Of a stretch of 64,000 bases of DNA, positions 27,743-39,651 are shown in pieces; the stretch's first letter is position 1; each line of letters begins with the position of its first letter. The notes beneath the pieces were generated by a model. That model searched no databases. It had not been told where the DNA came from and was given only the letters and a program-made list of their open reading frames with translations. The DNA lies in NCBI GenBank assembly GCA_051362555.1, contig CM120648.1, positions 15,186,587 to 15,250,586 of the forward strand, in the 5' to 3' direction. Source of the stretch: Lingula anatina (Eukaryota > Animalia > Brachiopoda). A program made the translations under genes and the position numbers.

Positions 27743-28580
27743 AGCAAATCGGCATCATACTCACTTTGGCGAATTAGTAAGATACGTGACTTACTGGACA
27801 AAACTTCAACTGAAAAACTAGTCCATGCTTTCATTACTTCTAAGCTTGATTATTGCAACAGTCTCTTATATGGTTTAGGCAAAAATCATCTGAACAAACT
27901 TCAATTAATTCAAAATTCTGCAGCTAGGCTGGTAACTAAAATGGGATGGAATAGCCGAGAGCATATAACACCTGTTTTGATGGAACTTCACTGGCTTCCA
28001 GTAAGAGAGAGAATTTTATTTAAAATTTTATGTGTCATTTTTAAAGCAGTCACTGAGAATAAACCACTTTATATCTCAGAACTTATGAAGCAACATCAGC
28101 ATGGAAGAGTTACCAGGTCTTCAACTTTTAGTCATTTACTTTTAGAACACAGTGTCTTAGAGAAAAAAGCTGGTAAATTTTACGGTGAAAAGGCATTTAT
28201 GATATATGCACCCAAAGTTTGGAACACTTTACCCTCTGAAATACGAGCAGCAGGTGACATAGATACTTTTAAAAAGCTTTTGAAAACTCATATTTTTAGA
28301 ATAGCCTATCAGTAGCTATCATATAGTTAATTTTAGTTTTTAATAAGGTGTACTGTAATTTTATGATTAATTTTAAATGTTGTCACTTTAGGTTCTTATC
28401 ATTTTAGAATATGAATAATTGGTTCTTTAAATTAGTTCTTAGTCCTTTAAAATTGTAATGTGTTCTTATATTAGTATTGTGTTATTTAGCTCTTTTAAGT
28501 GAATGTTGTAAGGCGCATTGAGATTTTTAATGGAATGCGCCATAGAAAAATAAATTATTATTATTATTATTATTATTATT
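27743..28580 (+). mobile_element. 5-prime-truncated L2/Crack-type LINE (RT C-terminus, 3-prime UTR, (TAT)n tail)
   Basis: LVHAFITSKLDYCNSLLYG, LQLIQNSAARLV, HITPVLMELHWLPV, FKKLLKTHIF; terminal GGCGCATT...AATGCGCC stem-loop then (TAT)n. Confidence 0.9.
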
Positions 28581-28931
28581 AAGTCACTATCTTGACTACA
28601 ACTCAATGAACATTAATTATGTATGCTATCTTGACACAATATTTCAGTTAAATTTCACAGGCCAAAGAAGTTCAGGTATGGAAAGCCAAAATATATAAGC
28701 CATCTTGATGGAAGAGGAAAATGATTGGGTTGAGACCCACATGATTCTTATAAAGAGTCAGTTAAAATGTTAGAGTTTGAAGGTTCTAAACCTGTTGACT
28801 CATTTGTTTTGGAACATTTGTCTAAGATATGGAAAGATGAGAGACTCTCAGAATGTGCTGCAGAGATTGCAATTAGAAATTTAGAGGCAATGGCAACTAA
28901 CTTTTCAAGAAAAAAATACTGTTTAGACTAC

Positions 28932-29318
28932 CTTGGAGATAGACTGGCAGGGAACCTTGCTGTGTCAACACAGTGGCACTTGGAGACAGACTGGCAGGGA
29001 ACCTTGCTGTGTCAACACAGTGGCACTTGGAGACAGACTGGCAGGGAACCTTGCTGTGTCAACACAGTGGCACTTGGAGACAGACTGGCAGGGAACCTTG
29101 CTGTGTCAACACAGTGGCACTTGGAGACAGACTGGCAGGGAACCTTGCTGTATCAACACAGTGGCACTTGGAGACAGACTGGCAGGGAACCTTGCTGTAT
29201 CAACACAGTGGCACTTGGAGACAGACTGGCAGGGAACCTTGCTGTATCAACACAGTGGCACTTGGAGACAGACTGGCAGGGAACCTTGCTGTGTCAACAC
29301 AGTGGCACTTGGAGACAG
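28932..29318. repeat. 47-bp minisatellite, 8 copies
   Basis: Unit CTTGGAGACAGACTGGCAGGGAACCTTGCTGTGTCAACACAGTGGCA; a single-copy homologue lies at about 30112-30184. Confidence 0.97.
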
Positions 29319-30569
29319 TTGGGAAGTACTCGAGGAAACCCTCAGCAGGGGGGGGGGGGTCCTCCATCTCCAACCCTGTACCATCCTCATCTCTCCCAGC
29401 CCCTACCTTATCTCACCCTTTCCCACTCTTCTATACCTCCCTCTTGGCAGATGAGACGTGGGGAATGTGTCCTTAAGGACAAACAAATACGGGATATGCT
29501 GCAGATGACGCAGAAACTAGAAAAAGACATTTCCCACTTGAGGCAAGAAAATGCCACCCTCAAAGAAAAGACTGGTGAGTGCAGGACTGAGTGAATGAAT
29601 GAATAAAAAAAGATATCATAACTAGTAAACAGTGCACTTGCTTCTGATGCTTTTTCCTACTTAGTCCCTTAAAGGTTACCATAAGGCATTATACTGATTA
29701 GTAAAATATGACAGTAGGATAAAGCATCGTTTTTGAAAAAGTCATTAAAAATGCAAGGTTGGAGAGTAATAGCTGTATAATTTACATTTTTTACAGAAAC
29801 TGCAGGGAATTCAGAAGAAAGTGAAGACATCCCTCACTACTTGCCAAAGAGAGGGATGCATATCTCAAAAGCTCAATATATGAGTAAATGTTGTCAATTC
29901 ATTTAGTTATCATGGTCCTGTTCTTCCATGTCATAGGCATATACAGCTTTACCGCCTTGTTTCAAAGTTTTGTGAAGTTTGGTATATTAGAACTGAGCTT
30001 TACATTAGCTCTTTGGTAGAATATAGTATATTTATTGTTTTAAGCTTTTTTATTTTTGCAATTTTCAGGTATTGCTAAATGACATGGAGGCGCCCCCAAG
30101 AGGGATGACCTGACTGGCAGGGAACCTTGCTGTGTCAACACAGTGGCACTTAGAGACAGTTGGGAAGTGTTCAAGGAAACCCTCTGCATTTATCCTCAAG
30201 AAAATGCTGGAGGGTTTTCTCTTTGAACTTTCACTACTGGCGCAATATACCGCAATCACTTTGATGGCAACACCTGTTGGAAAATGTTTACTGAGTAAGA
30301 ACTCTCTTCTTTTGCTATAAATTTCGCTGATATTGTCTCTAAGTGTTACACAGGCACAGAAGGTGTAACTTAGACTGACTGATTAACCGTAAAATTCATC
30401 TGCCTCCCTTAGGGACCGTTCACATGGAAAGTATTTTCTAAAAATCTATTCGCAGTATCTTGTGATCACGGTCTGTGCCCTGAATACCCCGCGGCAGCAC
30501 GCTGCCAGTTACTCCCTGCGCTGCCAGTAATTACGCCGCGGGGTATTCAGTTAGTTACAGTTGTACGGA

Positions 30570-31035
30570 GAACACGCAGCAGATTATTCAGGGTCATAAT
30601 AAGAAAATACTAAAAATATGTCAATAAGTACTCTAGATAAAAAATGCAATTATATGTTTCCAAACAAGTGTCCTTTGCAAGGGGAGTGTCTGTCTAGTAA
30701 TATTGTGTACCAAGCAACAGTCACTACAAAGAACAAATGTATGAAGTATATAGGCCTTTGTGGTGGGCAATTCAAGTTAAGATATAACAACCACACTAAA
30801 TCATTTAGGTACAAAATTATGCTGTAGAAACTGAGCTATCAAAATATATTTGGAGATTCAAAGAAAGTAACACTCAGTATGGCATTAGGTGGGACACCAT
30901 AAAAAAAAAATCAGCGCCACAAAGGAGAAACCAGCACCTATGCAACCTTTGCCTGGATGAAAAACTGCTAATTATGATTACGCCAGATACTCTAAATAAA
31001 AGAACAGAAATTATTACCATGTGTCATCACACCAT
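30570..31035 (+). pseudogene. Penelope-like element GIY-YIG endonuclease fragment
   Basis: CPLQGECLSSNIVYQATV...KYIGLCGGQFKLRYNNHTKSF..ETELSKYIW...CNLCLDEK. Confidence 0.85.
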
Positions 31036-31555
31036 GTAAATAAACGTTTGAAGCCGGTCAGCACTAGATCATAGATGGCAGCGGGACGGAAGTGAGAAAT
31101 CCAACATGGCGGCCCCTAGCGACGAGGTCCTAGCGACAAGATGCTAAGGCTGATAATCGAATATTGTAGTGCCGATCAAAACATAGTTCAATTGTTTTTT
31201 TTTTAAATCGTATAATAACTAGGAATATAGCATATAATTTTCATTTACTTTTTAAATCTTTTTTTTTTTAAATCGTATTATACCTAGGATTTTGTAAAAT
31301 TTGCGATTTGAATAAAGTAGATGAGTTCCACTTCCTACTAGAGTGCAAAGCATATGATTCAATACGTGATCCCTTCAGATTGATTGACTGATCGCCTATC
31401 AATGTCAGATTTAATGTGTTTGTTTACCTACTACACACTTTAGCTTATGTATGTTTGCTTGTTTGCATTTTGACTCACAAATAACGATTTTGACTGGATG
31501 GCAGAAAAGTACATGTACATTGTAGTTACATGAAGCCCTATTGTATTTTCCCTAA

Positions 31556-31978
31556 GGCCACACTTTTTTATTCTTATGGATGACATTCTCTGGGGACCCC
31601 GAAATCGGTGCAAGAGGGCGAAAAAAAAAAAAAAAAAGTCCAAAGGAAAAAAATACTGCTCAAGTAAAGGGAATGCTGACAATTACATACAGCTGGAAAC
31701 ACAAATTTAACCACAGAAACACGTATCAAACACACTAACAATATCACTTTATCCATGCTCTCAAAATATTAGAGCAGTGTGAATACTTCATAACATAAAA
31801 AGGTAAAAAAAGTCATGAATACATATGCTGCATTTTACCAAATCTATTTAAGGTTACTTTATGTATTTTGTTGGTATACCAACCGGCTTCGTTGTTTTTT
31901 TTTTTTTTTTTTTTGTCGAATGGACGAAAATCCGTGCATGCGCAGGATATCATCCATAAAAAATAAAAAAGTGTGGCC
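31556..31978. mobile_element. MITE
   Basis: TIR GGCCACACTTTTTTATT.TTATGGATGA at both ends. Confidence 0.75.
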
Positions 31979-32695
31979 CTACTAGTCTAAATTTTCTATT
32001 TTCTTGACATTGTAGGATCCCCTGCTCACAATATGTTCAAGGATAATTGGCAAATAAAATTGCTAAAATGGTGTATAACAGCAGAGAGAGGAATCAGTGT
32101 CCCATTTAGTGGAATTCCCTTCATCTTCTTGGGCAGAAAACTAGACCTGTCATCAGGGTCCAGATTTGGATGCCAAGGTGAAAGAAAATAGAAAGAAAAA
32201 GAAAGAACAGCAACAGGTATTTATTATTTTCTTTTTTGTTCCTACTGTTGTGTATAAGTAGGTCAGCTTATGACGTCACCATATCGCGAGAGCATGAGTA
32301 TCTCGAGAGCGTTAGTTGAGAGTATGAACGGATAGGAGACTGAGTTTTGTTTTGGGACTTTTGAAGGAGAATATTTTTTTTTTTTTGGAACCTATTTACC
32401 ACTGAACCAACACTCATATTTTCTACTGGAACTTGCATCCTAATTACTGTGGGATTTCATTGGACACTTTCACTGAACTTTGAGCCGATTTATCTCCATT
32501 CACTCTCCAGTCGACGGATTCACATCGGACTTTCACACAGGACACTTCATGCTTTCAGATAGGTTTATTTGTGTATTAAGAATAGCTTATTGTTATTGTC
32601 ATTGGTTTATTTTGTTTTAATAAAATATTAAAACTTCTTTAAATCTTTTGTCATTGATTTTTGCTGGCATTGGGTACTCTGACCCATAACAGAAT

Positions 32696-32713
32696 TGGGG
32701 GCTCGTCCGGGAT
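32696..32713 (+). promoter_or_regulatory. Primer binding site complementary to the tRNA-Pro 3-prime end
   Basis: TGGGGGCTCGTCCGGGAT, 4 nt after the LTR. Confidence 0.85.
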
Positions 32714-32785
32714 TTTAGATTTTCTTATCGGTAGCAATTTTTGTGTGCAAATTTACTACAGTAGCCAGCAGAAATCAATTCCACC

Positions 32786-35177
32786 ATGGTATTCTCTGTC
32801 ACCGAATTTCTCCAATCTCCTACGGTGGCAGACTTTGAAGCTTTGAAAAAAGATGAGTTAGTTGCCATAGCTTTACATTTCAATTTAGTTGTGAAATCAT
32901 CCATGAAAAAACAAGAGATTAGAGGAATAGTAGTGAAGAAACTTGTAGATGAACAAATATTTAAGTCTGATGATTTACCGCCAATAGTTAAGGCAGAAAC
33001 CAACATTTCAGAGTATGAATTTGAACTGGAGAAGTTAAGAATAGATAGACAGTTTCAGTTAGAAAAAGAAAGGTTAGAAAGAGAAGAAAGAGATAAAGAT
33101 AGGCAGTTTCAGTTGGAAAAACTAAGATTAGAGCACAGTGAAAGATCAACTTCACATGTCAGGTATGAATTTGATGCGGCAAAGAACATTAGGTTAGTTC
33201 CTAAATTCTAAGAAAAATCAGTTGATAAATTTTTCCCACAATTTGAAAAAATAGCAGAACATCTCCAATGGCCGTTTGAAGTATGGCCCACACTTTTACA
33301 AAGTGTTTTGGTAGGGAAAGCTGCTGAGGTGTATTCAGCTCTCAGTTTAGCAGAAAGCTCAGATTATGAAAAGGTGAAATCGGCTATTTTAAAGGCATAT
33401 GAATTGGTGCCAGAAGCTTACAGACAAAAATTTAGGAAACAGAAGAAAATAGAAACTCAGACTTACGTAGAATTTGCTAGAGAGAAAGAAGACTTATTTG
33501 ATAAGTGGTTTAGATCCAAAAAGTGTGAAAAGAATTTTGCAAATTTACGTCAACTTATTCTAGTAGAAGAGTTTAAGGAATGTGTTTCCCAAGATCTAAA
33601 AATCCATTTAGAAGACAAGAATGTTGAAACTCCTGAGCAAGCAGCAGTTATTTCGGATTCATACGCACTATCCCATAAGAAAAACTTTGTACCTACATGT
33701 AGATCTCAGTCTCCCATCCAGTCTCCAAAAAACAATATTCTCTGTCCCAAGTCACCACATTACAGTGGTTCCACAACCCCACAGCCGGGTCGTTTTGAGT
33801 CACCTCAAACTCTAGGGTCATCCCCAACTTGCAATTACTGCAAGAAAAAGGGTCATCTCATTGGTGAATGTATCAAACTTAAGATGAAAAATGACCTTCT
33901 AAAGGGACAGACAAATGCCTGTGCAGCTTTAAGAAATGATAGGAAAGCCTTAGATTTGTTACGTGCTGACACTCCTGATGTCCAGGATTCAAAGTCCAGT
34001 TTTGTTGATTCTGTGGAGGATCATTATAAGCCCTTTTTGTCTCAGGGATTTGTTTCACTCAGTGATTCTAGCAAAGCTTTACCTGTTCAAATTTTGAGAG
34101 ATACTGGAGCTGCCCAGACTCTGCTGTTAGAGGGCGTGTTGCCTTTGTCTGAGGAGACGTCTACTGGTAGTTCAGTTTTATTACAGGGTGTTGAGCTAGG
34201 TGTCATTGATGTTCCCCTTCACAGAGTTTATCTGAAGTCAGATTTAGCTACTGGACCAGTTATTGTAGGTGTTCGACCGACTCTTCCCATTCAAGGCATT
34301 TCCTTGTTGCTAGGCAACGATTTAGCAGGTGGTAAAGTGATACCTGATCCCATTGTTTGTGAGAAAACAATTTCTGATGTTGTTTCTGATGATGATGAAG
34401 ATGACTTGTACCCAGCCTGAGTTGTTACGAGGGCAATGGCTTCAAAACAAAAGGCTGATGGTACTCTAGTAGTGGATAAAGCTGATCCACTTAAAGAAAT
34501 TTCACTTAGTGAAACGTTTATGACAACCATTGATGACAGTTTACCTGTAGAGTCATATGAAACCAAAGTGCCAGTTGACATTGATGTGTCTCTGAAGGCA
34601 TCTAGTGTTGAGTCTGATTTGTCATTTGACAAGGGTAAGGACACCCTCAGTCGTGAACAGTTACTGTTGGAACAAAGTAAAGATCCAGATATTGTCAGAC
34701 TTACTAAAAGAGCTCTTCCAATGGAAGAAACAGCAAAAGTCAGAGTGTTTTTACCTCAAAGACAGCATCCTTATGCGAAAATGGCGTCCACCTGATGCAT
34801 CACCTGACGAGGTGTGGCATATTATTCACCAGGTAGTGGTTCCTGTAGTATATTGCAAGGATATCATGAGTTTAGCTCACGACACCCCTATGGCAGGTCA
34901 TTTAGGTGTAAATAAGACCTGTATCAAAATTTTGAGTCATTTTTATTGGCCAAAGTTGAGAAAGGATGTGTCTGAGTTTTGCAAGTCTTGTCATGTATGT
35001 CAGATGGTAGGAAAACCAAATCAGAAAATACCATCTTTTCCCCTGCAACCCATTCCAGCCTTTGAGGAACCTTTTAGTAGGGTGTTAGTTGATTGTGTAG
35101 GACCTTTGCCTAAAACTAGGTCAGGGAATCAGTATTTACTTACCATAATGTGTACCTCCACTCGGTTCCCTGAAGCT
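32786..35177 (+). pseudogene. gag-protease-integrase polyprotein, disrupted
   Basis: One frame from ATG 32786 with premature stops ending at 33211 and 34420; CNYCKKKGHLIGEC knuckle; ILRDTGA protease; frameshift near 34740; integrase HHCC (AHDTPMAGHLG...CHVC) and core VDCVGPLP. Integrase resumes at 36939 (IPLRNIKAKTIVKAL). Confidence 0.9.
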
Positions 35178-35618
35178 TTTTTTTTACAATTTCTTCAGTT
35201 GTCAACATAAAGTGGTAGTCAAGTGGAAGTATTAATGTGTAAGGGAGCTTTTTTGTCATTAAATTTGAAAATGCTTTTTTCTGGATGACCTTGAATGGCT
35301 GTCTCAGTATTGTAACGGTTGATCACATTATTTAAAAAATTGTCTTGCAAGAACAACATACTTATCAGCGTAACTTGTCAAAGTGCTTGAATTTCTGCTA
35401 AACCTACCCTTTAACGGATTAATTGCCAAATTCCTCACAAACAAATGAACCGCAATTTATCAAAAAGGAACGTTTTTCACTATGTACATCTTTGTTATGG
35501 TTATTAGGGGCTACATTTGTCAAACCATACAACAATTACACCTTGTCAGCATGTTCACCAAGTGTAAATTGTCCCCATGTATTAAGGTGATGACAGTGTC
35601 CCTTTGTATTGTTTACAG

Positions 35619-36245
35619 GTTCTTCTTTATCCTGGACTGAGTATCCACAGAGAGGAAAAGGCTCTTTTAGAGCGTAATCGCAATCCCAAAAAGTTCATCT
35701 ATTGTTTAATGGATTTCCTGTGGTCCCGGGATGTCCTGGCAACCCACAGTTTGACTGGGAAATCATGCAATGCCCACAAGGACAAGGGAGCAAAGCCCCA
35801 GCTAAACCAAGCTAAAGTTGTTGCTATGTGTGGTAAGTTATTTGGGTAATGCACTTCTCTTTTATTATAACTGCTAAATGACTGGTAGAAATGTTTGAAA
35901 ATCATTTATTTCTTTTAAATTATAACTGTCATTCATTTTCTTTTAAGATGTTCTATGGTCTTTCCAGTATGCAATGGTCACTGTAGTGTAAATAAAGAAA
36001 AAAACTTGTGACAGATAGTCTGAGTAAATTTATTTTCACAATAAAAGCTTTTAATAATATTTATTTAATGTCCTATTTTGCATTTTGATTTTTAGCCTGA
36101 CAAGAAAATGGCCAACAGGTTCTATAACACTGTTCTTTTTTAATTTTCAGATTACGTTTGCAAACGATTTGCAATAACGGACCAGGAGGCTAAAAGGGCT
36201 ATCACGGCCAAATTAAACAATGTCCAGAAATTGATAAGGAACTGA
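35619..36245 (+). pseudogene. BEN-domain gene, last two exons (35619-35832, 36151-36245)
   Basis: Spliced product NPKKFIYCLMDFLWSRDVLATHSLTGKSCNAHKDKGAKPQLNQAKVVAMC/DYVCKRFAITDQEAKRAITAKLNN; canonical GT-AG; downstream AATAAA. Confidence 0.75.
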
Positions 36246-36714
36246 AGTGATAGTGATGCAACTACAGATGGACAGATTTTAATGAAAACTGATTTTGCAC
36301 GTGACATTTATGATCAGAATTACTGATGGACAGATTTCTGTTTAAATTATAAATTGTTTGGACACAGCATTTTTTTTACTTGAAATTGTCAAATAAAATG
36401 TTTTTGAAGGTATTTGGTGTATTTATGTTACAGGTTATTTGATAACACACACAGTTAAATTTCAGTAAAGTTGATATAACCACCATCCTGCACTAACAGC
36501 TTTTATCTGCATACAAAACAAGCAAAATTCACAAACATAAGTATCATTTGAGACATACAATCCTTAGAGGTTATTTTTTAAGATTCCATGTCAAAAACTT
36601 TTGACATTGGTAGAAGTCGTTACAATACCCAAACATTGCAGTTAATTTTGCAAATATAAACGAAAGGAATCGTTGTATTGGAGCTTCGGGTATTTCTATA
36701 TGAAATTGACATAA

Positions 36715-36937
36715 ACTTCCTACGGGTTCCTAGAGGAATTCCTGTAGAAATCAATTTCCTATAAAATCCTATAGGAAATTGGGCCAATTTCCTATAGGAA
36801 CCTATAGAAAATCCTATAGGAAATTCTATAGGATCCTATAGGAAATTGGGCCAATTTCCTATAGGAACCTATAGGAAATTCTATAGGATCCTATAGGAAA
36901 TTTCCTATAGGAATCCTATAGGAAATTTTCGTAAGGG
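36715..36937. repeat. Subterminal array of palindromic TCCTATAGGA motifs
   Basis: 9 perfect CCTATAGG plus variants; AAATTGGGCCAATTT occurs twice. Confidence 0.95.
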
Positions 36938-37150
36938 TATACCTCTGAGGAATATTAAAGCAAAGACCATAGTCAAGGCCCTTGCTAAATTTTTATAATA
37001 AAATATTAAAACTTCTTTAAATCTTTTGTCATTGATTTTTGCTGGCATTGGGTACTCTGACCCGTAACACTATATTCATTTTTTTATCCTTTGTATTTCT
37101 GAGATTGAAATCAGGGAAGAAAAATTCCTTTAGGGCTTCCTTTAAGTTAA

Positions 37151-37485
37151 AGGGGCTCTTTTCAATATAGACAGTTATATAGCATTAACAAAAATTATCT
37201 GAAACTTCGTCTATTTTCTCATGAACCCCAAGGTATACCTCACCTGAAACAGTTGAGAAAATAAAGATCAAGTGATAGGTTTTTGAGATCGCCTAAGGAA
37301 AAAAAAAAAGCGCAGCATTTTTTTTTTGTCTCCACTTCTCACCATTGCTTTCCTACGCGTGGAATTCTGGGACTTTTTAAATTGCCATCTGCCACAAAGG
37401 CCAATTTTGCTTTAGATCATGACCTTCATATGTTACAATAAGTTTGAATTATGTTTCATTTTTGCTCATATCAGAAAGAGCCCCT
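37151..37485. mobile_element. TTAA-flanked MITE (Kolobok-like)
   Basis: TTAA-AGGGGCTCTTT...AAAGAGCCCCT-TTAA. Confidence 0.8.
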
Positions 37486-37799
37486 TTAATCTTTCAAAAA
37501 GTACAGAAAATGTTCGTTTACCGTTTTAATAGTTTTTGCTGAAACTCCTGGTCATACAAAAATTAAAAAATATGTCCAAATCAAAGTTTTTTCAACCAAC
37601 TGGTGAAGGTGTCAGCATTTGGTGAGTGAACAGCCACAGTAAATTATATGCTATATTCCTAGTTATTATACGATTTTGATCGGCACTACAACATTTGACT
37701 ATCAGCCTTAGCATCTCGTGGCTAGGACCTCGTCGCTAGGGGCCGCCATGGTGGATTTCTCACTTCCGTGCTACATGAGAAGGAGAACCATGGTCATAT

Positions 37800-39495
37800 G
37801 TTAAAAAGAATTACTGGATATCTTAGAGATGGACAAATTCAAGATTTTGACTGCACAAAACTTGCGGAGCCGCTTCATGATAAAGATACAAACCTCATAC
37901 TCTGCCCTTGTAGGGAAAAATAAACAGAGTGTGCCCACAGAGCACCCTGAGCTTCAGAGCTAACTTGACACTAACCTTTTCACTGTAGCCTATCTCCATC
38001 GTGTCAAGTAACCTCTGACGAAAATAGTTTGACCTAGTTTATATAAGCCAATCGAATCCATGTTTCAAAATTTTTCACCAAAGTTTGGTGAAAACGCTGA
38101 TTGGTTGATCGTCAATCGGCAATCCTCGGCTGATTCTGCAAGCTCCATACTAACAACATAGTTATTGTCGAGTGTGGAGACATCCGAGTAGTTCCGAGTG
38201 CATAACCGTACACAAAGAAAGCATGGAGTATATCGGAATTGAAACCAGAGCAGTTTGATGCCCTGCATCGTTATCTACTGAAGGTTACGGCAAGTCCCTG
38301 ATATTCAGCCTTATATCTTTGATTGGTCCGGATTTGAACAAAGCGTGCTTTGACTCGTTTGCGTTCATTGGCTAGATTGTTCAATGAGTCATTGAGTGCG
38401 GGCTTTAAATTTGATTGGCGGGCGGCGGGGGCAATCGAATGTGGTCAGAGGTTACTTGACACGATGGAGAATAGGCTACAGTGAAAAGGTTAGTGTCAAG
38501 TTAGCTCTGAAGCTCAGGGTGCCACAGAGGTGCCTGATTGTGAAAGTTTAGCCTTATTAGACTCCTAGTCCCTACCGCTGTCCTCATTCTCTGGTATTAT
38601 GCATATCATTATCAGATTTTTATCCATAGTCTGTAAATGCATTGTTTATAAACTATTTTAATTTCTGAATAATCTAAATTTTTTATTACACTCACCCCCT
38701 CAAATTTTTCAGCATGTTTTCTAAACCAATGATCAAGTTCATGGAAGAAAATGGGTACAGTTATGAGTCCTCCTGAAACTAGTTTACAACTAGCACAGAG
38801 CAGCTGATGGCAGTTGAACCACAAAGAAGGCAGTACAACCAGGACTTCCTCAATTACATACTAGATCGCTGAATTCCTTGACATACATGACCAGGGTATA
38901 AGGATATTGATGTAAACTGGTGGGTATAGACTACATCATATACACTGAGTGTGACATAACATATCATGACAGTTGATGTGGGATTTCTTGTGGCTTTCAA
39001 TAAATTATGTTAGATGTGTCATACATTGGCAATTGTTTTAATTTTTTCTATAATTTGCAGCCCAATCAAAGGCATCTGTGGTTTCATGAGAGAAATAGTG
39101 GTGGCCCTTGTCTGCAATCTGGAGTCAAAATTGCAGAGGTCAGCAGATGTAACACGTCCTCCAGAAAACCCTATGTTGAAGCACTTTTTGCTATGTTGAG
39201 AGGTCTGTTTGGGAAAACATTTGACACAAAACGGTTCTTTGAGCAATATCTTTAAAAAGATAGATAATGAAGAGAAGTTCTACTTCTATACAGGTCACTG
39301 TGTCTATGGGATTAACGAACAACTCCCCTCCTTTAATGAACTTGGCAAGTGACAGGTTTGAAAAATTAAAGGGAGGAAGAAGGGGAGATCCAGCCTGGTG
39401 CATTTGTAGCAGGTAGAGCAACCTACATTCTTAGAGGTGATCAGACTATAAGAGCAAGGTTTCACCATGCCACAGAGGAGCTACCACCAGTGCTG
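37800..39495 (+). pseudogene. Decayed multi-exon transposase-like relic, family uncertain
   Basis: SYSALVGKNKQSV, QRRQYNQDFLNYILD, YVEALFAMLRGLFGKTF and TIRARFHH..EELPP segments with stops. Confidence 0.4.
37943..38521. mobile_element. 579-bp MITE with TIRs of about 77 bp and an 8-bp TSD
   Basis: CACCCTGAGCTTCAGAGCTAACTTGACAC... near-perfect inverted ends; CCACAGAG on both flanks. Confidence 0.92.
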
Positions 39496-39651
39496 GTAGA
39501 TGTACAGGGTGACCAAAAAAATAATAAAAAAAAAAAAAAAACACGGTCATCACCTAAACTTGAATAACTTTTGAAATAAATAATCAATTCCTTTCATTTT
39601 ATTTAAGCAGATTTGTATTTTGAGGAGTCATGTAACTGTAGTTGCTCTTAA

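Larger units (their letters stand above)
35178..36937 (+). mobile_element. CMC/EnSpm-like insertion in the integrase, carrying BEN-domain exons
   Basis: Splits FPEA/IPLRN. Right end TTTTCGTAAGGG-TA with a CCTATAGG array; left end unclear (possible TA-CCCTTTAACG at 35405). Confidence 0.6.
32246..37069 (+). mobile_element. Gmr1-type Gypsy LTR retrotransposon, internally deleted
   Basis: 5-prime LTR 32246-32691 (TGTT...AACA) followed by a PBS. Only the last about 75 bp of the 3-prime LTR survive (about 36995-37069). Flanks CTAC/CTAT (4-bp TSD, one mismatch). No RT or RNase H remains. Confidence 0.9.
31086..37769 (+). mobile_element. Long-TIR DNA transposon (MULE/CaRF-like) hosting nested insertions
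   Basis: Inverted repeats over 90 bp (ACGGAAGTGAGAAATCCA.CATGGCGGCCCCTAGCGACGAGGTCCTAGC...). Exon relic at about 32015-32216 reads VPFSGIPFIFLG...CHQGPD. No TSD recognised. Confidence 0.65.

Noticed and set aside
28767-29594. 275-aa ORF as a real gene
   Set aside because: It cycles through all three frames of a 47-bp unit and joins unrelated flanks.
32696-32713. tRNA gene
   Set aside because: Only an 18-nt complement next to an LTR, so it is a PBS.
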